NCBI GenBank assembly: GCA_002424045.1 | Contig: DIPH01000038.1 | Span: forward strand, 12,686-76,685 | Length of the DNA stretch: 64,000 nt | Source: Firmicutes bacterium UBA5493 | Lineage (GTDB): Bacteria > Bacillota > Limnochordia > Darwinibacteriales > Darwinibacteriaceae | Direction of reading: 5' to 3' | Part shown: positions 28,288 to 37,023 of the stretch, in pieces | Position numbering within the stretch: position 1 is the first letter of the stretch | Layout: each line of letters begins with the position of its first letter | Program-made: the position numbers and the translations under genes | The notes under the pieces: generated by a model | The model's input: the letters and a program-made list of their open reading frames with translations, nothing else | The model's database searches: none | What the model was told of the DNA's origin: nothing

Positions 28288-29251
28288 ACTGATCACCCCG
28301 CAGTTTGGCCGCTTGCTCTTCTGGACTCATATCTGTAATAAAGGTACCGGCCCCAGATTCCACTCCTGCCAAGTACTTGAGCTTTGTCTCTGTGCGGTTC
28401 AAGGGATAAAACTCTATATGAAAATGGTAATGGGGATGGTCTCCCTTAGGAGGCGCTTGATGGATGGCCATAATGTACGGGAGAGAGATACCAAAGAGGG
28501 AATCATACTTAACCAGAACCTCTTTCAGGAGGGCCGCCAGCCCCTCTTGCTCTTCGGGAGTTAACTCCGCAAGATTTGTAACATGGCGCTTGGCGTAAAT
28601 ATGGACCTCAAAAGGGTAACGGGCAAAAAAGGGCACAAAGGACATGAATTCCTGGTTTTCTGCAATGACCCGCACCTTATCTTCTTTTTCTTCCGCCATA
28701 ATGTCGCAATACAGGCATTTGTCTGTAGCCGTTTGGTGTTCTAAGGCTGCCTGTAGTTCTTTTTCCAGAGTTGGTGGAATAAAAGGGAATGCATAGATCT
28801 GCCCATGGGGATGACTTAAGGTAACCCCCACGGCATCACCTTTGTTCTCGAAGATAAATATATACTGTATACCTGGTTTTCGCCCCAGTTCGATGTAACG
28901 ATCGGTCCACACCTCAATTAGGTTTCGAATATGTTCTTCGGACTCCTCCCCTAAGCTACTGTGATGATTTGAGGAATAAAGAACAACCTCGCAGATTCCT
29001 TCTGCAGGAGCCGTCTGGTAGAGGGCACTTCCTTCGACGCCTAGTGGCGGCGGCGGTTGGCTGAGGGAAGGGAACTTATTTTCAAAGACCACGATTTCGT
29101 AATCCTCCGCGGGAACCTCGGTAGGGAAGGCCCCAGGCAGGGTGGGACATAAGGGACAATACTCTGCAGGAGGTCTGTATGTACGATCTTGGCGGTGGGT
29201 GGCCACAATAACCCACTCTTTTAACTGTGGATTCCAACGTAGTTCAGACAT
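28277..29251 (-). CDS. galT: Galactose-1-phosphate uridylyltransferase (HIT-type, class I)
   Basis: CPLCP zinc motif and the active-site SHPHGQIYAFPFIP. The ATG at 29251 follows GAGGAG; the track's GTG is at 29266. Confidence 0.9.
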   Translation of the reverse strand: MSELRWNPQLKEWVIVATHRQDRTYRPPAEYCPLCPTLPGAFPTEVPAEDYEIVVFENKFPSLSQPPPPLGVEGSALYQTAPAEGICEVVLYSSNHHSSLGEESEEHIRNLIEVWTDRYIELGRKPGIQYIFIFENKGDAVGVTLSHPHGQIYAFPFIPPTLEKELQAALEHQTATDKCLYCDIMAEEKEDKVRVIAENQEFMSFVPFFARYPFEVHIYAKRHVTNLAELTPEEQEGLAALLKEVLVKYDSLFGISLPYIMAIHQAPPKGDHPHYHFHIEFYPLNRTETKLKYLAGVESGAGTFITDMSPEEQAAKLRGDQYGE

Positions 29252-29458
29252 CGTCTCACTCCTCACTCCTTACTTTTTTTGGGAAAGCTATAAAAGATGA
29301 TGTAACGACCGTCGTCTTTAGACTTGACGTCTTTTTTCACAAGTACCACACCTCCATTTCCCCTATTCTACAAAAAATTAGTCGAACCTTTCAAGGGAAT
29401 TGGCTTTGGAACGGGAAAATAGTATACATCAAAGAATACATACACGGAGGGAAATCAA

Positions 29459-29842
29459 ATGCGTAAGATAGTTCACAGTGAAAAGGCTCCAGCAGCAGTT
29501 GGCCCCTATAACCAGGGGATTCGGGCAGGCAATCTGCTTTTCATTTCCGGCCAGCTCGGACTGAATATGGAAACCGGTGAAATTGCCTATGGCGATGTGG
29601 AAGCCCAGGCAAGGCAAGTTTTAAATAATCTCGAGACCATTGCCCAGGCAGGGGGAAGTAGCCTGGCCAATGCCCTTAAGGTTTCTGTCTACCTCACGGA
29701 CATGGGCGATTTTGACAAGATGAATGCAGTCTACGCCAGCTTCTTCCCAGAAAATCCGCCCGCTCGAGTCTGTGTGGAAGTCAGCGCCCTACCTAAGGGT
29801 GTAGAAGTAGAGATGGATGTAATTTGTTTGTGTAACGACTAA
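29459..29842 (+). CDS. ridA: RidA/YjgF family reactive-intermediate deaminase
   Basis: APAAVGPYNQG....LLFISGQ and PARVCVEVSALPKGVEVEMD are typical of RidA. 127 aa. Confidence 0.88.
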   Translation: MRKIVHSEKAPAAVGPYNQGIRAGNLLFISGQLGLNMETGEIAYGDVEAQARQVLNNLETIAQAGGSSLANALKVSVYLTDMGDFDKMNAVYASFFPENPPARVCVEVSALPKGVEVEMDVICLCND

Positions 29843-29867
29843 GATAGTAACAAAGGGAGGATGCAGT

Positions 29868-30869
29868 ATGCCCAAGTTAAGGGTGGGTGTTATTTATGGC
29901 GGCCGATCGGGGGAACACGAAGTATCTTTACTGTCAGCCCAATCGGTGATGGAGGCTTTAGATGGGGCCAAGTATACAATTATTCCCATCAAAATCGATC
30001 AAGATGGAAGCTGGCAAGGCCCCTCCATCCAGGCAGATCCTAAGGAGAATCCTGATTTAGATGTGGTCTTTCCTGTTCTTCACGGGACCTTTGGTGAAGA
30101 CGGCACGATCCAAGGGCTCTTGGAATTAGCCAACCTTCCCTATGTTGGGGCCGGTGTAGCCGCTTCGGCAGCGGCCATGGACAAAGCCTTCATGAGGACA
30201 CTCTTTACCCAGGCAGGATTGCCTCTCCTCCCTTGGGACAGCTTCCTTCATTATGAGTGGAAGGAAAACGCCCAAGTCATCAAGGAGCGCTTAGAATCTG
30301 CTTTAGGCTACCCCATGTTTGTAAAACCGGCCAACTTAGGGTCCAGTGTGGGAATTACGAAGGTAAAATCCCCCGCAGATCTGGGGCCCGCTGTGGAATT
30401 GGCTTTAGAATATGATCGCAAGTTGGTTGTAGAACAAGGTTTGATTGGAGCCAGAGAAGTTGAGTGCAGTGTCTTGGGGCATCACAAACCCCAGGTATCA
30501 TTGGCGGGAGAAATTGTTCCAGCCCATGAATTCTATGATTACAAAGCCAAGTACCATAATGAAAAGTCTAGGTTGATTATTCCCGCTCCCCTTAATGACG
30601 AGCAGAGCCAGAAGATTAAGGACTACGCTATACGGGCTTTCCAGGCTGTGGACTGCTCGGGGATGGGCCGCGTTGACTTCTTTGTGGATCAACAGGGCGA
30701 AATTTTCGTCAATGAGATTAACACCATTCCGGGTTTTACCCAAATTTCCATGTACCCCAAACTGTGGGAACACTCTGGTCTGCCCTATCCTGCCCTCCTT
30801 GATCGCTTGATTGCGATCGCTTTGGAGAAGCATCGCGAACGGCAGGCCTTGCGTACCAGCATTTCTTAA
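29868..30869 (+). CDS. ddl: D-alanine--D-alanine ligase
   Basis: GGRSGEHEVSLLSA, HGTFGEDGTIQGLLE, the ATP-grasp VKPANLGSSVGI and VNEINTIPGFT. Confidence 0.93.
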   Translation: MPKLRVGVIYGGRSGEHEVSLLSAQSVMEALDGAKYTIIPIKIDQDGSWQGPSIQADPKENPDLDVVFPVLHGTFGEDGTIQGLLELANLPYVGAGVAASAAAMDKAFMRTLFTQAGLPLLPWDSFLHYEWKENAQVIKERLESALGYPMFVKPANLGSSVGITKVKSPADLGPAVELALEYDRKLVVEQGLIGAREVECSVLGHHKPQVSLAGEIVPAHEFYDYKAKYHNEKSRLIIPAPLNDEQSQKIKDYAIRAFQAVDCSGMGRVDFFVDQQGEIFVNEINTIPGFTQISMYPKLWEHSGLPYPALLDRLIAIALEKHRERQALRTSIS

Positions 30870-30890
30870 GGTAGGTGATGAGCTAGCGCG

Positions 30891-32837
30891 ATGATCATCC
30901 AGGATTTATGGAAATTCTACGGAGATGAACTCGTTTTTCAAAATGTCACCGCCAAAGTAGGCTTCACCGATCGCATCGGCCTTGTGGGTGCCAATGGGGT
31001 GGGAAAGACCACCCTTCTGAAAACTCTCGTAGGCGAACTTAGCCCAGAGCGGGGCCAGGTCATTTGCCCCGGAGGTTATACAACGGGCTCCTTGTGGCAG
31101 GCTCCACCCCAAAGCTCTCAAACAATGCAGAAGTATCTTGAGGAGCCCTTTGCCGAACAAATTGAGCTAGAAAGGGCTATGCGGGAATTAGAAGAGGAGA
31201 TGGCCAGACTTGTTTCAGGTACAGACTTGGATCAGGCCATGAAGCGTTACGCTAGCCTACAGGATCGTTTTGAGCACGGCGGTGGTTATGACTATCTTGT
31301 ACAAATGAACGCAGTCACCATGGGACTGGGTTTTACAGAGGCTGATCTAAGCCGTAGCCTTTATACCTTCAGTGGAGGCGAGCAAATGCGGGTGAGTCTG
31401 GCTCGCCTGCTTTTGGCCCGTCCTTCCCTTTTGGTGTTGGACGAACCTACCAACCACTTGGACATCGAAGCCATCCGCTGGCTGGAGGACTTTTTGGCCT
31501 CCTATAGCGGCGCCCTCATTGTGGTGTCCCATGATCGTTACTTTTTGGACAAGGTTGCAACAAGTATTTGGGAGTTGCAGCAGTACAGGCTGTATCAATA
31601 CAAAGGAAATTACTCTGCCTACATGCCCCAGCGTGAATTGGGGCAGGCCCAAATCGAAGAGAGTCTCGAGAGGCAGCAGCAAGAAAGGGCCCGCATGGAG
31701 CTTTTCATCCAGAAATTTAAGGCGGGAACCCGCTCCAGGCAGGCCAAGAGTATGGAGAAAAAGTTGGCCCGCCTACCCGATATCGAGCGGGTCTTAGACG
31801 ATCCTACCATGGTCTTTCGCTTCGAGCCCAAGCGTCAGTCGGGGAATAATATCGTTTTCTTAGAGGACATCAGCAAAACCTACGGCGAAAACCTAGTATT
31901 GAAACCGCTCCAGGCCGAGGTGAAGAGGGGTCAGCGCATTGCCCTTTTGGGACCCAATGGCAGCGGGAAGAGTACGCTTCTAAAGATCTTAGGAGGGGAG
32001 CTGGACTTTGAAGGCGAACTACGGTGGGGAACAGGGGTTGATGTGGGCTACTTTTCGCAACACATATCCTTTGACCCTGAAAACACCGTCTTGGAGGAGC
32101 TTTACGATGAGCACCGCCTCGAACTCGGTGTTCTACGTTCGGTTTTGGCCCGCCTTTTGTTCCGGGGCGAAGATGTTTTCAAACAGACCTCTGTATTAAG
32201 CGGAGGAGAAAGAAATCGCCTAGCCCTGGCAAAACTACTTCTACATCGCCCTAATTTACTACTACTAGACGAACCCACCAATCACCTGGATATCTTCGCC
32301 AGAGAAGCTTTGGAAAAGGCCCTTGCTGAGTTTGGAGGTACCATTATCTTTGTTTCCCACGACCGTTACTTCATTGATAAGCTAGCTACCAAGGTGTGGT
32401 TTTTAGATGACGGATCCCTCCATGAGTTTGCAGGCGGTTTTGCAGAGTACGAGGAAACCCTCAAACAGGCTTACGCTACAAGAGCCGAAGTGGCTAAAGG
32501 AGCCCAAGGGGCTAAAGGAGCCCAAAGGGCTAAAGGAGCCCAAGGGGCTAAAGGAGCCCAAAGGGCTACAGTAAACTATAGAGAAAACCAAGGGCGTCCT
32601 GCCAAGAAGACTTCCCCCAACGCCCGCAGAAGGCTCGCGGAGGCCAGGTCTGAGTTGGAAGATGAAATTGTCCGCCTCGAAGAGCGCATGGAAGATCTGG
32701 AAATTACCTTGGCTTCGCCAGATCTCTATCAAGATGGAGAAAGTTTTGCCCTCACAGTCATTCGGGAATATCACGAGGTCAAGGACACATTACATGAAAA
32801 ATACGCAGAGTGGGAACGTCTAGTGGACGAGCACTAA
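30891..32837 (+). CDS. ABC-F family ATPase (Uup/YdiF-like, two ABC domains, no TM domain)
   Basis: Two Walker A motifs (GANGVGKTT, GPNGSGKST), two signatures (FSGGEQMRVSLA, LSGGERNRLALA) and a C-terminal coiled-coil extension. Confidence 0.88.
   Translation: MIIQDLWKFYGDELVFQNVTAKVGFTDRIGLVGANGVGKTTLLKTLVGELSPERGQVICPGGYTTGSLWQAPPQSSQTMQKYLEEPFAEQIELERAMRELEEEMARLVSGTDLDQAMKRYASLQDRFEHGGGYDYLVQMNAVTMGLGFTEADLSRSLYTFSGGEQMRVSLARLLLARPSLLVLDEPTNHLDIEAIRWLEDFLASYSGALIVVSHDRYFLDKVATSIWELQQYRLYQYKGNYSAYMPQRELGQAQIEESLERQQQERARMELFIQKFKAGTRSRQAKSMEKKLARLPDIERVLDDPTMVFRFEPKRQSGNNIVFLEDISKTYGENLVLKPLQAEVKRGQRIALLGPNGSGKSTLLKILGGELDFEGELRWGTGVDVGYFSQHISFDPENTVLEELYDEHRLELGVLRSVLARLLFRGEDVFKQTSVLSGGERNRLALAKLLLHRPNLLLLDEPTNHLDIFAREALEKALAEFGGTIIFVSHDRYFIDKLATKVWFLDDGSLHEFAGGFAEYEETLKQAYATRAEVAKGAQGAKGAQRAKGAQGAKGAQRATVNYRENQGRPAKKTSPNARRRLAEARSELEDEIVRLEERMEDLEITLASPDLYQDGESFALTVIREYHEVKDTLHEKYAEWERLVDEH
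32493..32564 (+). repeat. In-frame perfect tandem repeat (36 nt x 2, or 18 nt x 4 with one G/A difference) inside the ABC-F gene
   Basis: GCTAAAGGAGCCCAAGGG GCTAAAGGAGCCCAAAGG, repeated twice, encodes AKGAQGAKGAQRAKGAQGAKGAQR. Confidence 0.95.
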
Positions 32838-32843
32838 GGGAGG

Positions 32844-33548
32844 GTGATGATTATGTCTGGCGGAAAGAGTAAAGGTGTTCTCCTTCGTCCTGTGGAAGGC
32901 TTGCCCATCCAGGTTCCAAGGGAGATCCTCAAGTGCCAGGTTGATCTAGGCCCCACAGCCACATTAGTCTGGATCAACATTCTAGCCCTATCCCAACTAG
33001 GACGCCCCATGCAGATCAATTCTTTAGCCCGGCAAATGGGCTTGGAAAAACGAGAAGTCAGCCAGGCTCTAGCCTTTTTGGCCGACAGGGGCTGGATTAA
33101 TGATGAAGGCCTAGAGATTCAGCTGACTGTTCCTCAGGGAGAGGAAAGTGGGCTATTAAATGGGACTACCGCACAAGCGGCCACCGCCGAGACTATCCCA
33201 GGCGCCGAAACAGATGCCTTCGAGTGGCTCGTGAGTTATGTCTCTGCGAGGGTGACCGTTCCTACCCTTGATGAAAAACGGAAGCTGCTCTATTGGATGC
33301 AGAGCAAAAATCTGACCCATGAAGTGATCGCTGTTGCCGTCGAAGAGATGTGCGCTTCCGCAGCCCATCCTAGTTTTCCCTACCTAGAGGGCATTTTGCG
33401 TAATTGGCATGGCGTGGGCATACGGACTTACAATGATCTTCTAGAGAATCCCTACTTAGCCAAAGTGCTGGGACCGATTACAAGCTGTAAGGAGCAGAAT
33501 CCTGTAGAACAGCGCTGGAGGGAGATTTTCCCCGATGAATTCGATTGA
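32844..33548 (+). CDS. DnaD-domain replication protein (winged-helix N-domain plus DnaD/DnaB_2 C-domain)
   Basis: The C-terminal block KRKLLYWMQSKNLTHEVIAVAVEEMCASAAHPSFPYLEGILRNWHGVGIRT matches the DnaD domain signature (YW....G....I..A......PSF.Y...IL..W). It overlaps the helicase gene start by 14 nt. Confidence 0.7.
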   Translation: MMIMSGGKSKGVLLRPVEGLPIQVPREILKCQVDLGPTATLVWINILALSQLGRPMQINSLARQMGLEKREVSQALAFLADRGWINDEGLEIQLTVPQGEESGLLNGTTAQAATAETIPGAETDAFEWLVSYVSARVTVPTLDEKRKLLYWMQSKNLTHEVIAVAVEEMCASAAHPSFPYLEGILRNWHGVGIRTYNDLLENPYLAKVLGPITSCKEQNPVEQRWREIFPDEFD

Positions 33549-34911
33549 ACAACTAAGCTATGATGTACCCATGGATTTAAGCGCCGAGAGGCAAATCCTT
33601 GGTATCTTGATTAAACATCCCACCCAAGTGGACAGAGTGATCGATCGCCTGCGTCCCGCCCACTTTATTGACTCCGCCCATCGGCGGATCTACGAAATCA
33701 TTCTCGACATTTACAATAAGCAGGGACGCATTTCTTACACCCAGATTTATAATCGTCTCCGAACGGACTCCATAACCGATGCACCGGCGGAACTCTTGAT
33801 TCCCCTCACCGAGTCTTTTGTGGCCTTAAGTGAGCTTGATCCTAGTGTGGAAATTCTTCTCCATAAGGAAGGCGTTCGCAGGATCGCCCAGGCCTGTGAT
33901 ACCATTAAAGCCATGGTCCTCGATCCCAAAAACGAAGACTTAGAAGAGGTTCAGGCTAAAGCCCAGGAGCTCATGTTTGCGGCAAGCCAGAGTATTGATG
34001 CCGCGGGCGATGAAGTGAAGAATCTCTTGGAAGTTTTAAACAAGTGCTATATTAACCTGCTTAAGAGGAAAGAAGGCATCCTTGATGCCTATGGTCTCTC
34101 GGTACGCTATCCCTCCATTGATGGCATGACAACGGGCTTTAAGAAAAAGGACCTCATTATCTTGGCTGCCCGTCCGTCCATGGGTAAGACAGCTTTGGTC
34201 CTAAATATGGCCGCTAACGTGGCCAAACGGAACATTCCGGTCTTACTCTTTAGCTTAGAAATGGATGACGAGCAATTAGGGGACCGTATTGTCCTCAGCG
34301 AGCTTTTTGCCCATAAAGAAGGTGGCGAGCAGGCTGTAACCTCCGTTGAATATCAAACGAAACTCAGTGATGAACAGTTCTTAGTGACCCAAAAGGTATT
34401 CAATGAACTGTACCACCTACCTATTTCCATTGTGGATAAGCGGGGTCTCACCGTAGCTGAGATGCGGGCCAAGGCCAGGAAATTCAAGTCGGAACATCCC
34501 GATTTAGGTCTGATTGTCATCGACTATCTACAATTGATTAAGCCGCCTAACAATACCAATCGGAGCTGGACCTTAGTGGTGGGTGAAATGGTTCGAGAGC
34601 TGAGAGATCTAGCAGGGGAACTGGATGTTCCCATTATCTTGTTGTCGCAGCTTAACCGAAGTGTAGAAAGTAGAGACAACAAAAGGCCCATGATGTCGGA
34701 CCTCCGGGACTCTGGAAATATTGAGGAATTTGCCGACGTGATCATCTTCCTCTATCGAGAGGATTATTACTATCCCGATAAGGCCAAAGCGGAAGGCACA
34801 GAAGGCCTCGTAGAGATCATCTTTGCCAAGCAGCGTAAGGGAAGCACTGGTACCGTCCAACTCCGCTTTATTAAGGAATACACCCGTTTTATTGAGGAAT
34901 ATACAAAGTAA
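33535..34911 (+). CDS. dnaB: Replicative DNA helicase (DnaB family; DnaC in B. subtilis nomenclature)
   Basis: P.D..AER..LG N-terminus, Walker A ARPSMGKTALVLN, IVIDYLQLI, LLSQLNRSVESRDNKRPMMSDLRDSGNIEEFADV. Confidence 0.95.
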   Translation: MNSIEQLSYDVPMDLSAERQILGILIKHPTQVDRVIDRLRPAHFIDSAHRRIYEIILDIYNKQGRISYTQIYNRLRTDSITDAPAELLIPLTESFVALSELDPSVEILLHKEGVRRIAQACDTIKAMVLDPKNEDLEEVQAKAQELMFAASQSIDAAGDEVKNLLEVLNKCYINLLKRKEGILDAYGLSVRYPSIDGMTTGFKKKDLIILAARPSMGKTALVLNMAANVAKRNIPVLLFSLEMDDEQLGDRIVLSELFAHKEGGEQAVTSVEYQTKLSDEQFLVTQKVFNELYHLPISIVDKRGLTVAEMRAKARKFKSEHPDLGLIVIDYLQLIKPPNNTNRSWTLVVGEMVRELRDLAGELDVPIILLSQLNRSVESRDNKRPMMSDLRDSGNIEEFADVIIFLYREDYYYPDKAKAEGTEGLVEIIFAKQRKGSTGTVQLRFIKEYTRFIEEYTK

Positions 34912-34923
34912 TAGGGGGTTACC

Positions 34924-35115
34924 ATGGGCGATATGGATCGAACGAAGTTGATTTTTGTTGATACCTGCCGCAACCTGGTTGAACTGGGCGAATTATCTAA
35001 GGAAGAGTACTACGACATTTGTGATCTTCTAGACCGCCTAGAGGAATACGATAACGAAGAGTTTAAAGCAGAGTTAAGAAGAATCAGTAAGGGTCTTAGT
35101 GATCTGATTGGCTAG
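34924..35115 (+). CDS. Hypothetical small acidic protein (63 aa)
   Basis: ATG preceded by AGGGGG. Predicted helical, Glu/Asp-rich. I recognise no family. Confidence 0.35.
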   Translation: MGDMDRTKLIFVDTCRNLVELGELSKEEYYDICDLLDRLEEYDNEEFKAELRRISKGLSDLIG

Positions 35116-35125
35116 GGGGAAGCAC

Positions 35126-35989
35126 ATGTCCCACATAACGAATCCATCGTATGTCACCCGCATCATGAAAGAGCGTGGCTTTAGCACGAAAAAACGTTTT
35201 GGTCAGAACTTCCTGATTGATCAAAACATTGTGGAGAGAATTATCCAAACTGCCGATGTAAGAAGAGGCGAATGGGCTTTAGAGATTGGTCCCGGCCTAG
35301 GAGCCCTCACGGTACACCTAGGGGAACGGGCGGATCATGTGGTGGCCATGGAAATTGACACGGCTTTAGTGGCCATATTAAGAGAGACACTTGACAATCC
35401 CCAGACCACCATTTGGGAGGGGGATGCCCTTGATGCTAATTGGAAGGAGCTGCTGCAGAATGCTGGCTGGGAGGGTCAGCCTCTCAAGCTCGTAGCAAAC
35501 CTCCCCTATTATCTCACCACACCCTTGATCATGAAGGCCCTCGAAAGTGATCTACCCTTTGCATCCATGGTGGTCATGGTGCAAAAAGAGGTGGCAACTC
35601 GTATGCTGGCCTCAGCGGGAAGCAAAGATTTCGGTGTACTTTCGTTGGCTGTCCAGTACTACGCCGAGGGACGCTTAGCCATGAATGTTCCTAGAACTGT
35701 GTTTATTCCGGCCCCTGCCGTGGATTCGGCGGTGGTGGAGCTAGGGCCCCGTACCCCAGAGGTGGATGCCCCGCGCGGAGAACTCTTTGCCGTGATTCGG
35801 GCAGGTTTTGGGCAAAGGCGCAAAACCGTGCGCAATGCCCTCAAGACCATAGTCGACGAGTGGGATTTAAGCCCCGAATTGCTGGACGAAGCCTTGAAGA
35901 AAGCAAACATCGAGCCCAACGTCAGGGCAGAGCGTTTGTCACTTGAGGACTTTAGTTCGCTAACGAAGGAGCTTCTGAAGGGAGTGTAA
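35126..35989 (+). CDS. rsmA: 16S rRNA (adenine1518/1519-N6)-dimethyltransferase RsmA/KsgA
   Basis: KKRFGQNFLIDQNIVERI, EIGPGLGALT, NLPYYLTTPLI. The ATG at 35126 follows AGGGGGA. Confidence 0.93.
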   Translation: MSHITNPSYVTRIMKERGFSTKKRFGQNFLIDQNIVERIIQTADVRRGEWALEIGPGLGALTVHLGERADHVVAMEIDTALVAILRETLDNPQTTIWEGDALDANWKELLQNAGWEGQPLKLVANLPYYLTTPLIMKALESDLPFASMVVMVQKEVATRMLASAGSKDFGVLSLAVQYYAEGRLAMNVPRTVFIPAPAVDSAVVELGPRTPEVDAPRGELFAVIRAGFGQRRKTVRNALKTIVDEWDLSPELLDEALKKANIEPNVRAERLSLEDFSSLTKELLKGV

Positions 35990-35995
35990 AGCAGA

Positions 35996-36463
35996 GTGGA
36001 TTTCATTAGCCCTACCAAGGGCCCCCTTAGCTTTGATCAAGTGTTTGCAGAAATTCTGGCCTATGCCTCAGAGAATCCTGAGGACAAGTATAGCCTCATT
36101 GTTGGAACTGATTCACAGCTTAAGGACGAGACCTGCTTTGTCACGGCCCTTATTGTTCATCGCCATGGCAAAGGAGGACGATTTTTCTATACCAGGCGCT
36201 ACGAGAGCTACACTCGCTCTTTGCGGCAGAGGATCTTTTATGAGGCCTCTTTGAGTTTGAGTGTAGCATCACGCTTAACAGAGAAGTTGGCCGATTCTGG
36301 CCAGGAGTTGAATTTGGAGATTCATTTGGATGTGGGAAGCAATGGCGCCACCAAGACACTGGTGAAGGAAGTGGTGGGCATGGTGAATGGATCTGGGTTT
36401 TTATGTAAAATCAAACCCGACTCCTATGGAGCTTCATCTGTGGCTGATCGCTATACGAAATAG
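35996..36463 (+). CDS. YkuK-like RNase H-fold protein (DUF458)
   Basis: YSLIVGTDSQ.....CFVTALIVHRHGKGGRFFY and IHLDVG are typical of DUF458. Confidence 0.6.
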   Translation: MDFISPTKGPLSFDQVFAEILAYASENPEDKYSLIVGTDSQLKDETCFVTALIVHRHGKGGRFFYTRRYESYTRSLRQRIFYEASLSLSVASRLTEKLADSGQELNLEIHLDVGSNGATKTLVKEVVGMVNGSGFLCKIKPDSYGASSVADRYTK

Positions 36464-36581
36464 TCAGCTTGCGCCAAGGCTTGCGCAAAAGGCCAAAAAG
36501 GCCAAAAAGACCAAAAGTTTCGTAAAAAAGGCATTTTCCTACTTGACACCGGCGGGGAGCATTGATAAACTAATAATTTAA

Positions 36582-36610
36582 TTGACAAACAACCCATACC
36601 ATGGTAGAAT
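36582..36610 (+). promoter_or_regulatory. veg proximal sigmaA promoter with an extended -10
   Basis: TTGACA (36582-87), a 17-nt spacer, then TGgTAGAAT (-10 at 36605-10). A second weaker candidate is TTGACA 36543-48 with TGaTAAACT. An A-tract-rich region lies upstream. Confidence 0.65.
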
Positions 36611-36644
36611 CAATTCGACAAAATGGTATAGAGGCGGTGACAAG

Positions 36645-36920
36645 ATGGCCGTAGGAGTAAATAGCCTTCAGCAGATTAGGCTAGACTTGGAATCTTGTGT
36701 CGGCAAGCGAGTTAAACTGCGGGCAAATCGCGGGCGAAAGAAGATTGTTGAAGCCGAAGGAGTCATCGAAAGCACATATCCGAAGATTTTCGTGGTGAAG
36801 TTAGACGAATCCCATTCTCTAGAGCGTCTTTCTTACACATACGCAGATGTCCTCACCAGAACAGTAGAAGTAATGGTTGATGATTGTACCATTGGAGACA
36901 CACCAGCAGCCATTAATTGA
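36645..36920 (+). CDS. veg: Veg protein (biofilm and sporulation-associated small protein)
   Basis: MAVGVNSLQQIRLDLESCVGKRVKLRANRGRKKIVEAEGVIESTYPKIFVV.LD.....ERLSYTYADVLT..VE parallels B. subtilis Veg. The ATG at 36645 follows GAGGCGGTGA. The track's TTG at 36582 is actually the -35 box. Confidence 0.88.
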   Translation: MAVGVNSLQQIRLDLESCVGKRVKLRANRGRKKIVEAEGVIESTYPKIFVVKLDESHSLERLSYTYADVLTRTVEVMVDDCTIGDTPAAIN

Positions 36921-36949
36921 TACATGTATGCGCCAAGAGGCGTAAGTAA

Positions 36950-36972
36950 GCACCGAAACGGTGCTTTTTTTT
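36950..36972 (+). terminator. veg terminator
   Basis: GCACCG-AAA-CGGTGC followed by TTTTTTTT. Confidence 0.75.
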
Positions 36973-37023
36973 GTCCTCAAATCCCGAAGTAACGCATAAG
37001 AATGGGGGAAGGAGGCGGTACAA

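Noticed and set aside
29267-29458. galT/ridA divergent spacer examined for a cre site, a GalR operator or a small ORF (track ORF 29227-29466)
   Set aside because: TGTAACGACCGTCG does not fit the cre consensus at the central CG positions. The 79-aa track ORF has no RBS and overlaps the galT start. Nothing here is supportable beyond generic promoter space.
32493-32564. Possible CRISPR-like or minisatellite array
   Set aside because: The repeats are directly adjacent with no spacers, are in frame, and lie inside a well-supported ABC-F coding sequence. It is a coding tandem duplication, not a CRISPR array.
36613-36619. Spo0A-box-like TTCGACA just downstream of the veg -10
   Set aside because: A single 7-mer should occur by chance several times in a window this size. 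No second box is nearby.
36582-36644. N-terminal extension of the veg ORF from the TTG at 36582
   Set aside because: That TTG is the first base triplet of a TTGACA -35 box with a TG-extended -10 located 17 nt downstream. Homology to Veg begins at the ATG at 36645, which has its own RBS.
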